The translations under genes and the position numbers were made by a program. The notes under the pieces are model-generated. The model ran no database searches. It had not been told where the DNA came from and saw only the letters and a program-made list of their open reading frames with translations. Below are positions 44,742-53,805 of a stretch of DNA of 64,000 nucleotides, piece after piece (position 1 is the first letter of the stretch; each line of letters starts with the position of its first letter). This DNA comes from an uncultured Planctomycetota bacterium (GTDB lineage: Bacteria > Planctomycetota > Planctomycetia > Isosphaerales > Isosphaeraceae). The stretch is taken from positions 7,520,001 to 7,584,000 of the forward strand of contig CAVTTN010000002.1 in NCBI GenBank assembly GCA_963737655.1, in the 5' to 3' direction.

Positions 44742-45160
44742 GGCGCCTCCTCACCCTCCGGCCCTGGCTCCTCGTCCTCGCCCCGGGCGTGCTGGTCCAG
44801 GACTTCGCGGAGCTGGGTCAGGTCCTCGGGAGAAAGTTTGCTCTTCTTCATCATGTAAAGAAGCAGCTTTCCGTCCATGCCTTCCAGGGTGTTATTCAGG
44901 AGGGTGTCGGCGGCTCCGGCGACCGACTGCCAGGCGGGGCGGGCGGGTTTGTACAGGTAGCTCGTGCCCACGGGCGTGGCGGTGAGGTGCCCCTTGTCCA
45001 CGAGCCGGCGCAGGAGGGTCTTCGTCGTGGTCGGGGTCCAGCCGTGGACCCGCCCGGCCTCCTCGTACACGTCCCGGGCGGCGCAGCTCTTGTGCCGCCA
45101 GACGATCTTCATGACTTTCCATTCGGCGGCCGTCAGCGGCCGGGGGGCCTCGCGAGCCAT
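44738..45160 (-). CDS. BlaI/MecI/CopY family transcriptional repressor
   Basis: LTAAEWKVMKIVW, WTPTTTKTLLRRLVDKG and LSPEDL..LR; stop overlaps the M56 start. Confidence 0.93.
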   Translation of the reverse strand: MAREAPRPLTAAEWKVMKIVWRHKSCAARDVYEEAGRVHGWTPTTTKTLLRRLVDKGHLTATPVGTSYLYKPARPAWQSVAGAADTLLNNTLEGMDGKLLLYMMKKSKLSPEDLTQLREVLDQHARGEDEEPGPEGEEAP

Positions 45161-45196
45161 TCTTCGGGCGTCCCGGAGTGTGACGAAATCAGTCGG

Positions 45197-45248
45197 GTGA
45201 CTACAAATATCGCCGATCGGCCGGAGGTGTCAACGAAATTCTTCGGAA
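45197..45248 (-). promoter_or_regulatory. blaI promoter with BlaI-type operator (copy 2)
   Basis: On the minus strand TTGACA...GGCGATATTTGTAGTCAC ending about 37 bp before the blaI ATG; near-identical to 21716-21767. Confidence 0.8.
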
Positions 45249-45323
45249 AACGGCGCGGGGCAGCACGCTTCGGACCAAAGTCCCTGGCTGAAACGAGTTT
45301 GCGGCTTGTGGAAAAGCGCCCAA

Positions 45324-46745
45324 TCAGCCGATCAAGGCCGCGATTGGAGTCCCCGTTGTGACCGAGAACGGACGATCCAGCGGGTCGCGGATCAAGGTCT
45401 CGGGCCCGATCCCCATCAAGCCGTAGATCGTCGCCGCCACGTCCTGCGGGGTCACCGGATCGCGGGCAGGATAGGCGGCGAATCGGTCGCTCGCACCGAA
45501 CACGACGCCTCCTGGAACGCCGCCGCCCGCCAGGAGGATCGAGTAGCAGTGCGGCCAGTGGTCGCGCCCCCCCTTGTCGGCCCCCGCGCTACTTGTGATT
45601 TGTCCCACTTTGGGAGTTCGCCCAAATTCTCCCATCGCCGCGACCAGGGTTTCTTTCAAGAGGCCGCGCCGGTCGAGGTCTTCGAGGAGGGCCGAGAATC
45701 CCCGGTCGAACATGGGCAAGATGGAGCGTTTGAGCAAGGGGAAATGGTCGCGGTGGGTGTCCCAACTTTGGTCGTAGCGGGCCCCGGTGCAGACCGTCAC
45801 GACGCGAACCCCGGCCTCGATCAGCCTGCGGGCCAGGAGGAGACATTGGCCCAGGTGAGGCAGGCCACCGAACTGCCGGGCCTCCTTGGTCCGGGGGTTC
45901 CTGGGGTCGAGGCCGTACCGTTCGCGGACCTCGTCCGGCTCCTTGGAGAGGTCGAACGCCTTGCGGGCCTCGGGGCTTTCGATGAGCGTAAATGCCTTGC
46001 GATAATGGTTTTCCAGCCGATCGACGGCGGGTCCTGCCGCGTCCAGGGCGTGGTCAATCCGGCCGAGCAAGCCTCGGCGTTCGTCGATCCGTTGAAGGGT
46101 CAGGCCCGGCGGCAAGTCGAGCCCGGGGATTCGGTAATCCGGGCGGCTGGGGTCGCCCGCGAGGAATGGGTCGAACCTGGCTCCGAGGAACCCGCCGTCC
46201 TGGCCGGGGAGAAATGCTCCGTTGTTGCTCATCCAGTCCGGGGCGTGGACGAAGTCGGGAAGGGGGCGGCCCGTCGGCCGGAGCTTGGCGACGACCGAGC
46301 CGATCGAGGGGAAATTGTCGGGCGCGGGGGCGGTGATCAATCGGCCGCTGGCCAGCGGCTCCCGGCCGGTGAAGGCGAAGTAATAGCCGGCGTTGTGGTC
46401 GCCGATGGTATGGTGGACCGATCGGACGATGGCCAGGTGATGGGCCTGCCTGGCGAGCATCGGCAGGTGCTCGCAGAAGTCCAGGCCGGGGACGGACGTG
46501 GCGATCGGCCGGAACTCGCCCCGGACGTTCTCGGGGGCGTCGGGCTTGAGGTCCCAGAGGTCCTGGTGGGCCGGTCCGCCTTCCAGGGCGAACAGGATCA
46601 GCGATTTCGCCTTCGCCCGAACCCCTGCCGCCTTCAGGACATCGGCCAGGCCGAGGCCGATCAGCGAGGCCGAGCCGACGCGGAGGAACTCGCGACGGGT
46701 CGGGCCCTGGCAGAGGCGACGCGCTCCGGCCGACAGGCTCAGCAT
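45324..46745 (-). CDS. DUF1501 protein with Tat signal
   Basis: TRREFL, EGGPAHQDLWDLKP, LLARRLIEAGV, WDTH, GEFGRTP and GRDHW. Confidence 0.92.
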   Translation of the reverse strand: MLSLSAGARRLCQGPTRREFLRVGSASLIGLGLADVLKAAGVRAKAKSLILFALEGGPAHQDLWDLKPDAPENVRGEFRPIATSVPGLDFCEHLPMLARQAHHLAIVRSVHHTIGDHNAGYYFAFTGREPLASGRLITAPAPDNFPSIGSVVAKLRPTGRPLPDFVHAPDWMSNNGAFLPGQDGGFLGARFDPFLAGDPSRPDYRIPGLDLPPGLTLQRIDERRGLLGRIDHALDAAGPAVDRLENHYRKAFTLIESPEARKAFDLSKEPDEVRERYGLDPRNPRTKEARQFGGLPHLGQCLLLARRLIEAGVRVVTVCTGARYDQSWDTHRDHFPLLKRSILPMFDRGFSALLEDLDRRGLLKETLVAAMGEFGRTPKVGQITSSAGADKGGRDHWPHCYSILLAGGGVPGGVVFGASDRFAAYPARDPVTPQDVAATIYGLMGIGPETLIRDPLDRPFSVTTGTPIAALIG

Positions 46746-46821
46746 GAGGACGACCCCCCGGGACGAGGGAGAGCGGGCAGGGGCCTTCATTATGATCGGC
46801 CCGAGGCCCGCCGGGAACCCC

Positions 46822-48078
46822 TCAATCGTCGCCTTCGAGCCGATGGAGGACCTCTCCGGCGCGATCGACGACGAGGATCCCCTCTTCCTCCCGGTCGCGG
46901 TAGGCGGCGAGATCGATCGATTGAGGATCGAGATAGCCCAGATTGATCCTCCGGCAGCGGTCCTCCGGGATTGCCGAGGCGAGGATCACATCCACATCGG
47001 GAGTCTCGATCCCGTTTTCATACGTACCCGACCCCTTGACGTGGGTGGAATGGGCGAGGACGCCCCAGGGAACATGTTGAAACTTATCGAATTGCTCGGT
47101 GAAATACGGCAACACGTGATAGCCGATCTCCTCGATCCACCGGCCGTGGGTCCGGGAGACCTCGGCCAGGTGGGGGGCGACGATGATCAGCCGGCCGCCC
47201 TTCGCGACGATGGGTTCGAGCTTGTACATGCATTTGCCCGCCGTCCAGAGCTCGGGGTACATCGGCGGGCAGATCGACAGGACGGTGTGGAACGGGCGGG
47301 GCATGCGCCTCACGTTCACCGAGGCCGAGATGCGGGCGGCGCGGTCGTAGGCGTCCTCCGGTCGGCCGAATTCGAGGCCGTGGAGGCCGGACTTGCTGAC
47401 CACGAACGAGAGACAATGCTTGGAAACGTCGATCATGGCGGCGCAGTGGTCCACGATCCCGCGGACCGGCGTGTAATGCGTGCCGATCACCCTGCGGTTG
47501 GTGATCAGCGCGCCCAGCCAGTGGAAGACCGCGATGATCTCCGGCCCCGCGACGCCCGGGAAGAAGTACTTGTTCCCGCCCGAGAAGCCGACGACCTCGT
47601 GGGGGAACGTCGGGCCAACGATGACAACTTCATCATATTCGCAGATCATTTTGTTGATCTTCACCTCGATCCGTTCGGCCAGGAGGCCGCCGGAGAGGTC
47701 GGCGAGGGTCTCGGGGTCGATCGTGCCGATGGTCCGGAGCTGGGACGGGTCGTCCCATGCGTGGTTGAAGAATTGCGTCTTCGGCAATTCGCTCGCGTGG
47801 ATCGCCGCATCGATCCCCAGATGTGCATAGATTTGTTCCATCGGCATCGGGCGATGGGTGCCGAGCGCGATGAGGACGTCGAGCGAGCGGACGGCGGGGC
47901 CGAAGACCTCGCCGAGGGTGCGGACCATCAGGCCGATGGGGCCGGAGCGGGTGTCGTCGGGGACGATCAGGAGGACTCGCTTGCCGATCAGGTCGAGCGA
48001 ATCGGCGGCCCGCTCGACGATCTCGCGGACGTCGGAGGCGTCGAGGAGCTTCGGAGGGGCGTCGAGGATCGCGGTCAT
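46822..48078 (-). CDS. LarA-family (lactate racemase domain) racemase/epimerase
   Basis: VPDDTRS, IALGTHRPM and FPHEVVGFSGGNKYFFPG. Confidence 0.85.
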   Translation of the reverse strand: MTAILDAPPKLLDASDVREIVERAADSLDLIGKRVLLIVPDDTRSGPIGLMVRTLGEVFGPAVRSLDVLIALGTHRPMPMEQIYAHLGIDAAIHASELPKTQFFNHAWDDPSQLRTIGTIDPETLADLSGGLLAERIEVKINKMICEYDEVVIVGPTFPHEVVGFSGGNKYFFPGVAGPEIIAVFHWLGALITNRRVIGTHYTPVRGIVDHCAAMIDVSKHCLSFVVSKSGLHGLEFGRPEDAYDRAARISASVNVRRMPRPFHTVLSICPPMYPELWTAGKCMYKLEPIVAKGGRLIIVAPHLAEVSRTHGRWIEEIGYHVLPYFTEQFDKFQHVPWGVLAHSTHVKGSGTYENGIETPDVDVILASAIPEDRCRRINLGYLDPQSIDLAAYRDREEEGILVVDRAGEVLHRLEGDD

Positions 48079-48959
48079 GATCGGGGTTCCGGGCTCTCGA
48101 TGAGGTCGAACGGGAGGCCGTAGAACGCGGCGGCCGTCCCCCCGAAGATCCGTTCGGTTTCGCCTCCGCCCAGGGGTCCGAGCGCGCCGACGGCCGCCTC
48201 GAAGACGTCTTCATACGACGCCGCGAGCTCGCAGACGGGCCAGTCCGAGCCGAACATCAACCGATTCGGGCCGAAGCATTCCAGGGCGGTCTGCACATAA
48301 GGGCGCAGGTCCTGGACGGTCCATTCCGCCCAGTCCGCCTCGGTGACCATCCCCGAGATCTTGCACCAGACGTTCGGGAAGCTGGACGCGAGGCGGAAGC
48401 CCGGGAGCCAGTCGTCGAGGGCGTGCTCGCGAATCCTCGGCTTGGCCAGGTGGTCGATGACCATGGGCAGTTCCGGCAGCGCCCTCGCCAGCGTCGGGAC
48501 GTGCCGGAGGTGCTTGACATGCAGGAGGAGGTCGAAGGGGACGCGATGGCGTTCCAGGATCTTCAGGCCTCGAAGGACGTCGGGCCGGACGATCCAATCG
48601 TCGTCGGGCTCGTCCTGGACGACGTGGCGGACCCCGACGAACTTCGGATGATCCCGGAATTCGAGCAATTGCTCCTCGCACGACGGCGACGCCAGGTCGA
48701 CCCAGCCGACGACCCCGGCGATCCAGTCGTGCGCCTCGGCCAGGCCGAGCACCCAGCGGTTTTCCTCGACGTTGTGCTGGGTCTGGACGAACACCGTCCG
48801 ATCGACCCCGACGAGCTTGATCTCCGGTTCGAGGTCTCCGGGCAGGAAATCGCGGCGGATCGGCGCATGGGGCGGGGCGTCGAGCCACCGGTAATCGAAC
48901 GGGCGGGCCAACTGCCAGAAGTGCTGGTGGGCGTCGATCACGGGTCGATGCGTGGGCAT
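48075..48959 (-). CDS. Amidohydrolase_2 family sugar lactonase (L-fucono/L-galactono-lactonase-like)
   Basis: IDAHQHFW, GVVGWVDL, IDHLAKP, CKISG and MFGSDWPVC. Confidence 0.88.
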   Translation of the reverse strand: MPTHRPVIDAHQHFWQLARPFDYRWLDAPPHAPIRRDFLPGDLEPEIKLVGVDRTVFVQTQHNVEENRWVLGLAEAHDWIAGVVGWVDLASPSCEEQLLEFRDHPKFVGVRHVVQDEPDDDWIVRPDVLRGLKILERHRVPFDLLLHVKHLRHVPTLARALPELPMVIDHLAKPRIREHALDDWLPGFRLASSFPNVWCKISGMVTEADWAEWTVQDLRPYVQTALECFGPNRLMFGSDWPVCELAASYEDVFEAAVGALGPLGGGETERIFGGTAAAFYGLPFDLIESPEPRS

Positions 48960-48965
48960 GTCGAT

Positions 48966-49412
48966 TCAATCCATCCGGACGCCGAGGGTGAGCATCACGT
49001 TGGCGAAGCGCTGCTGGTCGGCGGTCTGGATCGTCAGGACGTGGTCGGGGGTGGCCACGGCGTCGTAGAAGGCCCATTTTTCGATCGGTTCGAGCGACAG
49101 GTCAAGCCCCGACTGGCGGATGGTCCGGCGGTATTCGTCCCAGACCTCGGGGTCCTCGTCGAGGGCATACGGGCCGGTGGTCTCATACATCATCGTATGA
49201 ACGGCCTCGATCGGGACCGCCGAGAGCAGGGCCTCCAGGACCTGGGTGCACGAGACGACGCCCGGCATCAGGTTCAGGCTCACGACCTCGGCATTCGGGC
49301 CCTTCTTGGACGACGCCGGGTAGTTGCCGTCGGCGATCAGGATCTTGGCGTGATGCCCCGCCCGGCCGACGATGGCGTTGATCTCGGGATGGATCAGTCG
49401 ATGCTTGAGCAT
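48966..49412 (-). CDS. RbsD/FucU family mutarotase
   Basis: MLK...HP......AGH...ILIADGNYP and the AFY motif. Confidence 0.85.
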   Translation of the reverse strand: MLKHRLIHPEINAIVGRAGHHAKILIADGNYPASSKKGPNAEVVSLNLMPGVVSCTQVLEALLSAVPIEAVHTMMYETTGPYALDEDPEVWDEYRRTIRQSGLDLSLEPIEKWAFYDAVATPDHVLTIQTADQQRFANVMLTLGVRMD

Positions 49413-49431
49413 TCGGGGTTTCTCCGGGAGC

Positions 49432-49689
49432 GGACTAACCGCCAAGACGCCAGGAACGCCAAGGGAAGAGGGGAGGAAAGTTTGAAGAGAATCGGGAGAG
49501 TTTGGATGAGGGTAAGCTTGAAGACTTGTAAAGTTTAAATTATTAAAATAATAATGATAACACAATGTGATAGAATATTGATATTTGTGCAGGAATTCGC
49601 TTCATTCACGTACTCTTATGTTCTTCACTCATCCCCTCGCTCCTCCTTTCGCTTCCCCTTGGCGTTCCTGGCGTCTTGGCGGTTAGTCC
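49432..49689. repeat. 34-bp perfect inverted repeat around a 190-bp AT-rich spacer
   Basis: GGACTAACCGCCAAGACGCCAGGAACGCCAAGGG at 49432-49465 and its exact reverse complement at 49656-49689. Confidence 0.9.
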
Positions 49690-50513
49690 TCCCTCCCGGC
49701 AAAAAGCGAGCGAAACGAGGAGATGGTCTGGAGGGCGGCGGAGTCGGAGTCGGGCCGGGGGAGGGCCTCGGCGGAGGCGAAGCCGTCGAAGTGGATGTCG
49801 CGGAGGGCCTGGGCGATCGGCTCGAAATCGAGGTGGCCGAAGCCGGCCGCCTGGCGGTTCGAATCGACGAAGTGGACGTGGCCGACGTGCCGGCCGCCGA
49901 GGCGGAGCGCCCCGGCGATATCGACTTCCTCGATGTTCATGTGGAACAGGTCGTTCAGGAGTTTCACGTTCCCGGATGAGAGACGTTCCAGGAGCGTCAC
50001 GCCGTCGGCCACGAGGTTGATCAGGTCGGTTTCGTAACGATTCAGGGGCTCGTAGAGCAGGGGGACGGCGAAGCGCGAGGCGTGTTCGCCGAGCGTGTCG
50101 AGCGCGTCCTTGAGGAAGCCGAGCGCCGACGCGCGATCGAGGCCGTCGCCCGATCGGCCCTGCATCGAGCCGATGATCGCCGGCGCGCCGAACGGGCCTC
50201 CCAGGTCGATGATCGACTTGACGAAGTCGAGGGCCCCGGCCCGGATCGAGGCGTCGGGGCTGGTCAAGGTCAGGCGATGCTTGACCCAGCCGGCACCGGT
50301 GCCGACGGCGGCCAGCCCCAGGCCGAGGTCATTCAGGAGCCGGCCCAGGTCGTTCGCGTCCACGTCCGAGGCCGACGGCGGGAAGACCTCGACGGCGTCG
50401 AACCCGAGCGCCCTGGCCTTCTCGCAGCCGGCTTCGAGGCCGTCCCAGAACACGAACGGGCCGCCCCGGGCCTCGGGGACGAGGCTGATCGTCACGCAAG
50501 ATCGGATCGGCAT
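49683..50513 (-). CDS. Sugar phosphate isomerase/epimerase (xylose-isomerase-like TIM barrel)
   Basis: GFDAVE, YEPLNRYE, DLFHMNIEE and HVHFVDSNR. Confidence 0.88.
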   Translation of the reverse strand: MPIRSCVTISLVPEARGGPFVFWDGLEAGCEKARALGFDAVEVFPPSASDVDANDLGRLLNDLGLGLAAVGTGAGWVKHRLTLTSPDASIRAGALDFVKSIIDLGGPFGAPAIIGSMQGRSGDGLDRASALGFLKDALDTLGEHASRFAVPLLYEPLNRYETDLINLVADGVTLLERLSSGNVKLLNDLFHMNIEEVDIAGALRLGGRHVGHVHFVDSNRQAAGFGHLDFEPIAQALRDIHFDGFASAEALPRPDSDSAALQTISSFRSLFAGRED

Positions 50514-50546
50514 GGGCGGATTGGTCCCCTTCGGATCGAGGCCGGC

Positions 50547-51329
50547 TCAGAACCGCATCGCGGTGAAGCCGCCGTCCACGTAGTAGGTGGCGCCGGTCAT
50601 GAAGCTCCCGGCCGTTCTGGAGAGCAACAACAGGGTGGCGCCGACGAGTTCGTGGGGCTCGCCGAACCGGGCCATCGGCGTGTTCTTCATGATGTTTTCG
50701 ACCCGGGCGGCGTCGAGGATCTTGCGGTTCTGCTCGGCCGGGAAGAAGCCGGGGCAGAGGGCGTTGACCCTCACGTTCGACGGGGCGAGCTCGCGGGCCA
50801 CGTTCTGGGTGAGGTTCACCACGGCCGCCTTCGAGGCCGAATAGGCGAAGACGCGAGACAGCGGCAGGTGGGCCGAGACGCTCGCCACGTTCAGGATTGC
50901 GCCTCCGCCGTGGTCGGCCATGAACCGCCCGAAGACCTGGCAGCCCCAGTGGACGGCGGTCAGGTTGCTCTGGATCACGCGGTCCCAGTCCTCGTCCTTC
51001 GCCTCGAAATAGGGGCTGGCGCTGTTCACTCCGGCGCCGTTGATGAGCATGTCCGCGCGTCCGAACGTGTCGATCGTGGTTTGCAGCAGTCGTTCGATCG
51101 AGGCCCGTTGCGTGACGTCCACGGCGCCGAAAGCCGCCTTGCCGCCGCCGCTTTCGATGCTCCAAACGCGTTCGGCCCCCTTCTCGGGGCTGCGACCGGC
51201 GACGACCACGGTCGCTCCGGCCAGGGCCAATCCTTCGGCCAGGGCACCGCAGAGGACCCCGGTCCCGCCGATCACGACGGCGACCTGTCCTTCGAGTCCG
51301 AACAGGCGATCCAGGTAGCCGGCCGTCAT
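50547..51329 (-). CDS. SDR oxidoreductase, UxuB/D-mannonate oxidoreductase-like
   Basis: GGTGVLCG, LINGAG.N, YSASK, PGFFPAEQNR and VDGGF. Confidence 0.8.
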   Translation of the reverse strand: MTAGYLDRLFGLEGQVAVVIGGTGVLCGALAEGLALAGATVVVAGRSPEKGAERVWSIESGGGKAAFGAVDVTQRASIERLLQTTIDTFGRADMLINGAGVNSASPYFEAKDEDWDRVIQSNLTAVHWGCQVFGRFMADHGGGAILNVASVSAHLPLSRVFAYSASKAAVVNLTQNVARELAPSNVRVNALCPGFFPAEQNRKILDAARVENIMKNTPMARFGEPHELVGATLLLLSRTAGSFMTGATYYVDGGFTAMRF

Positions 51330-51354
51330 CGGTTAGAGTTCTCCTTCGATCGGA

Positions 51355-52644
51355 TCAAAGCCCCTGGCGGAGCGCGTCCAGGTGGCGGGCGAAGTGGTCG
51401 GCGAGGACCTCGGTATACGTGGCGGGGTTCGCTTCGAGGACGCCCCGGACGGCGGGCCCGAGGGTCGGGTCGGTCAGGACCGAGCCGAACGTGCAGTGGA
51501 GGATCTGGCGGCCGGGGGCGGTGAAGCCCTTGCCCTCGGGCACGTCTTCCCATTTTTCGAGATAATGCCGTTCCAGCTCCGCGATAGTCTCCACGGACGC
51601 CTCCGGAGGGGCCGATTTCAGGGTCGCCGAGACGTGATACGTGGCCTTGTCCCGGTCGTATCGAGAGCGGGCGAAGTCGACGATTCGGCGGAACAAGGGC
51701 TCGTCGTGCCGGGCGACCACGCGGAGGGCTTCGAGGTAGCTCGTCCCGGCCGTCTTCACGTGGAATCGGCCCTTCGTGGCCCGAGCCAACGCCGGGTACA
51801 TTGAGAGCTTGTCCGAGCCGGAATGCAGGCTCAGCTTGTAGGGGCCGAGGATCTCGGCGATGGCGGCGTGATCGTTCAACGAGCGTTCGAGGGCCGCCAC
51901 ATCGCCCTTGTAATCGACGCCCTTCTCGAAGTCGCCGACGTAGCGAGGGGCGAGGCTCACGAGCTTCATCCCCCGGCCCAGGCACTGGTCGGCGATGATG
52001 TAATGCTCGCCCAGGGTCGTCGGCTGCTCGGTCTCATCCACGCTGAGCTCGATCTCGTAGTCGCGCCCGCATTGCTGATGGACGTTCTCGATATGCTCGG
52101 CCAGCGAGAGCGCGTGGTTCAGGGCCCGGCCGTACTTCACGGCCGCCCGGAGGCAGGCGTCCTCGTCGAGGGCGATGGTCGTCCCGGTCGGCAGGGTGAT
52201 CGACTCGCCCTTGTAGCGGTCGATCCAGTCGACTTCCTCGGCGATCTCGGCGAATCGACGGCGGAGCGTGTCGCGATCGTAACCGTCGGCGTGGGCATCG
52301 ACGTGGTCCGACGGGTCGATCGTGAAGAACGTGAACCCGACGGCGGCGGTTGCATCCACGTCGGCGGGCGTCTTCAGGTGATCGGCGTCCGCGCCGGTCG
52401 GCCCGGTCCATCCGGCGAGCTTCATCCAGCAAATCGCGTCGTCCATGACCTTCGCCGGAGAGCGTCCGGTCCGGGCCATTTCTCGGATCGATTGCTGGGG
52501 GAAAATCGGGTCGATCCCGCCTCCCGACCGCCTCATGGCCTCGACGTGCCCCGGAGTGGCCAGGCCGATCCGGTCGCCGAAGCCGAAGCTGGGGTTCAGG
52601 CCGAGCGTGGAGCAGGGGGACGGGCCGGAAGGGGATTCGGGCAT
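51355..52644 (-). CDS. uxaE: Tagaturonate/fructuronate epimerase
   Basis: SFGFGDRIGLATPGH, QQSIREM.RT, GADADH, SLHSGSDK and HVKTAGTSYLEALR. Confidence 0.9.
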   Translation of the reverse strand: MPESPSGPSPCSTLGLNPSFGFGDRIGLATPGHVEAMRRSGGGIDPIFPQQSIREMARTGRSPAKVMDDAICWMKLAGWTGPTGADADHLKTPADVDATAAVGFTFFTIDPSDHVDAHADGYDRDTLRRRFAEIAEEVDWIDRYKGESITLPTGTTIALDEDACLRAAVKYGRALNHALSLAEHIENVHQQCGRDYEIELSVDETEQPTTLGEHYIIADQCLGRGMKLVSLAPRYVGDFEKGVDYKGDVAALERSLNDHAAIAEILGPYKLSLHSGSDKLSMYPALARATKGRFHVKTAGTSYLEALRVVARHDEPLFRRIVDFARSRYDRDKATYHVSATLKSAPPEASVETIAELERHYLEKWEDVPEGKGFTAPGRQILHCTFGSVLTDPTLGPAVRGVLEANPATYTEVLADHFARHLDALRQGL

Positions 52645-52663
52645 GAGACTGGTGCTCCACTCA

Positions 52664-52720
52664 GTAGGGCAGGCCTCGGCCTGCCGACCCGCGAAGACGG
52701 CAGGCCGAGGCCTGCCCTAC
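52664..52720. repeat. GTAG-family REP doublet (REPIN-like)
   Basis: GTAGGGCAGGCCTCGGCCTGCCG, an 11-nt spacer, then the exact reverse complement; each arm is itself a hairpin. Confidence 0.85.
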
Positions 52721-52785
52721 GATGGACCGTCCTGCGGCGCCGGGACGTGAACCGCGGAAAGTCTTCCGATTTCCATGTCGTCCTG

Positions 52786-53805
52786 TCAATCCAGCTCCAC
52801 GATCGCCTTGATCACGCCGGTTTCGGGTTTCGTGTAGGAAGGGAACAGGGCGGGGAGGTCGTCGAACGGGGCCCGGTGGGTGATCCAGGGCTTGGTGTCG
52901 ATTCGTCCGTTTTCGATCAGGCCGATAATCCGGGTGAAGTCGCCGGGCAGGGCGTTTCTCGAGGCGAGGAGCGTGCCCTCGGGCCTGTGGAGGACCGCCG
53001 GGCGGAACTTGACCTCCTCGGAGGTGAGGCCGACATAGACCAATCGGCCGCCGGGGGCGAGGTAGGAGAAGGCCAGTCCCATCGACGTGCTGTTGCCCGT
53101 GGCGTCGATCACCACGTCGGGCAGGTGGCCGTCGGTCAGGGCGCGGAGGTCGGTTTCGAGCGAATCCGAGGGCTGCAAGGTGAATTCGAGGCCCATGACC
53201 GACCGGCAGAACTCCAGGCGGGCGGCGTTGGTGTCCAGCATGATGGTCTTCGCGCCGGAGAGCGTCACGAATTCGAGGACTGCCAGGCCGATCGGCCCGG
53301 CGCCGATGATCAGGCACGATTCGTCCGACTGGAGGGCGCCGCGATTGACGGCGTGGCAGCCGATCGCCAGGGTCTCCACCAGCGCAAGCTGATCGAGCGA
53401 GAGCTTTGTCGAGGGATGAAGCTTGCGGGCGGGCAGGAGGAATTCGGGCCTCAAGCCGCCGTCGCGATGGACCCCGAGCACTTCCAGCCGTTCGCAGCAG
53501 TTGGGATGCCCCTTGCGGCTGGCGTAGCTCGTCGGGTCGTTGATGTAGGGCTCGACCGAGCAGCGGTCGCCGGGTTTGACGTTGGACACGCCCTCGCCGA
53601 CGGCCACGACCTCGACCCCGAGCTCGTGGCCGGGGATTCTCGGGTAGCTGAAAAACGGCATCTTGCCGAGATAGCCGCTGATGTCACTTCCGCAGATGCC
53701 CACGCGATGGACCTTCACCAGGGCCTCGCCCGGGCCGGGCGCGCCCGGCGGGTCGATCTCGACCTTCTTGAAGTCCTTCGGGGCCTCCAGGAGCAGGGCC
53801 TTCAT
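52786..53805 (-). CDS. Zn-dependent dehydrogenase, L-galactonate 5-dehydrogenase-like
   Basis: GICGSD, YPRIPGHE, LGVHRDGG, GAGPIG and LLASRNA. Confidence 0.82.
   Translation of the reverse strand: MKALLLEAPKDFKKVEIDPPGAPGPGEALVKVHRVGICGSDISGYLGKMPFFSYPRIPGHELGVEVVAVGEGVSNVKPGDRCSVEPYINDPTSYASRKGHPNCCERLEVLGVHRDGGLRPEFLLPARKLHPSTKLSLDQLALVETLAIGCHAVNRGALQSDESCLIIGAGPIGLAVLEFVTLSGAKTIMLDTNAARLEFCRSVMGLEFTLQPSDSLETDLRALTDGHLPDVVIDATGNSTSMGLAFSYLAPGGRLVYVGLTSEEVKFRPAVLHRPEGTLLASRNALPGDFTRIIGLIENGRIDTKPWITHRAPFDDLPALFPSYTKPETGVIKAIVELD

Noticed and set aside
44738..45160. Beta-lactam resistance locus
   Set aside because: No beta-lactamase or PBP gene is present, and the M56 protein lacks a penicillin-binding domain
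48966..49565. Extended N-terminus of the RbsD/FucU ORF
   Set aside because: The extension runs through the inverted-repeat element; family similarity begins at the ATG at 49412
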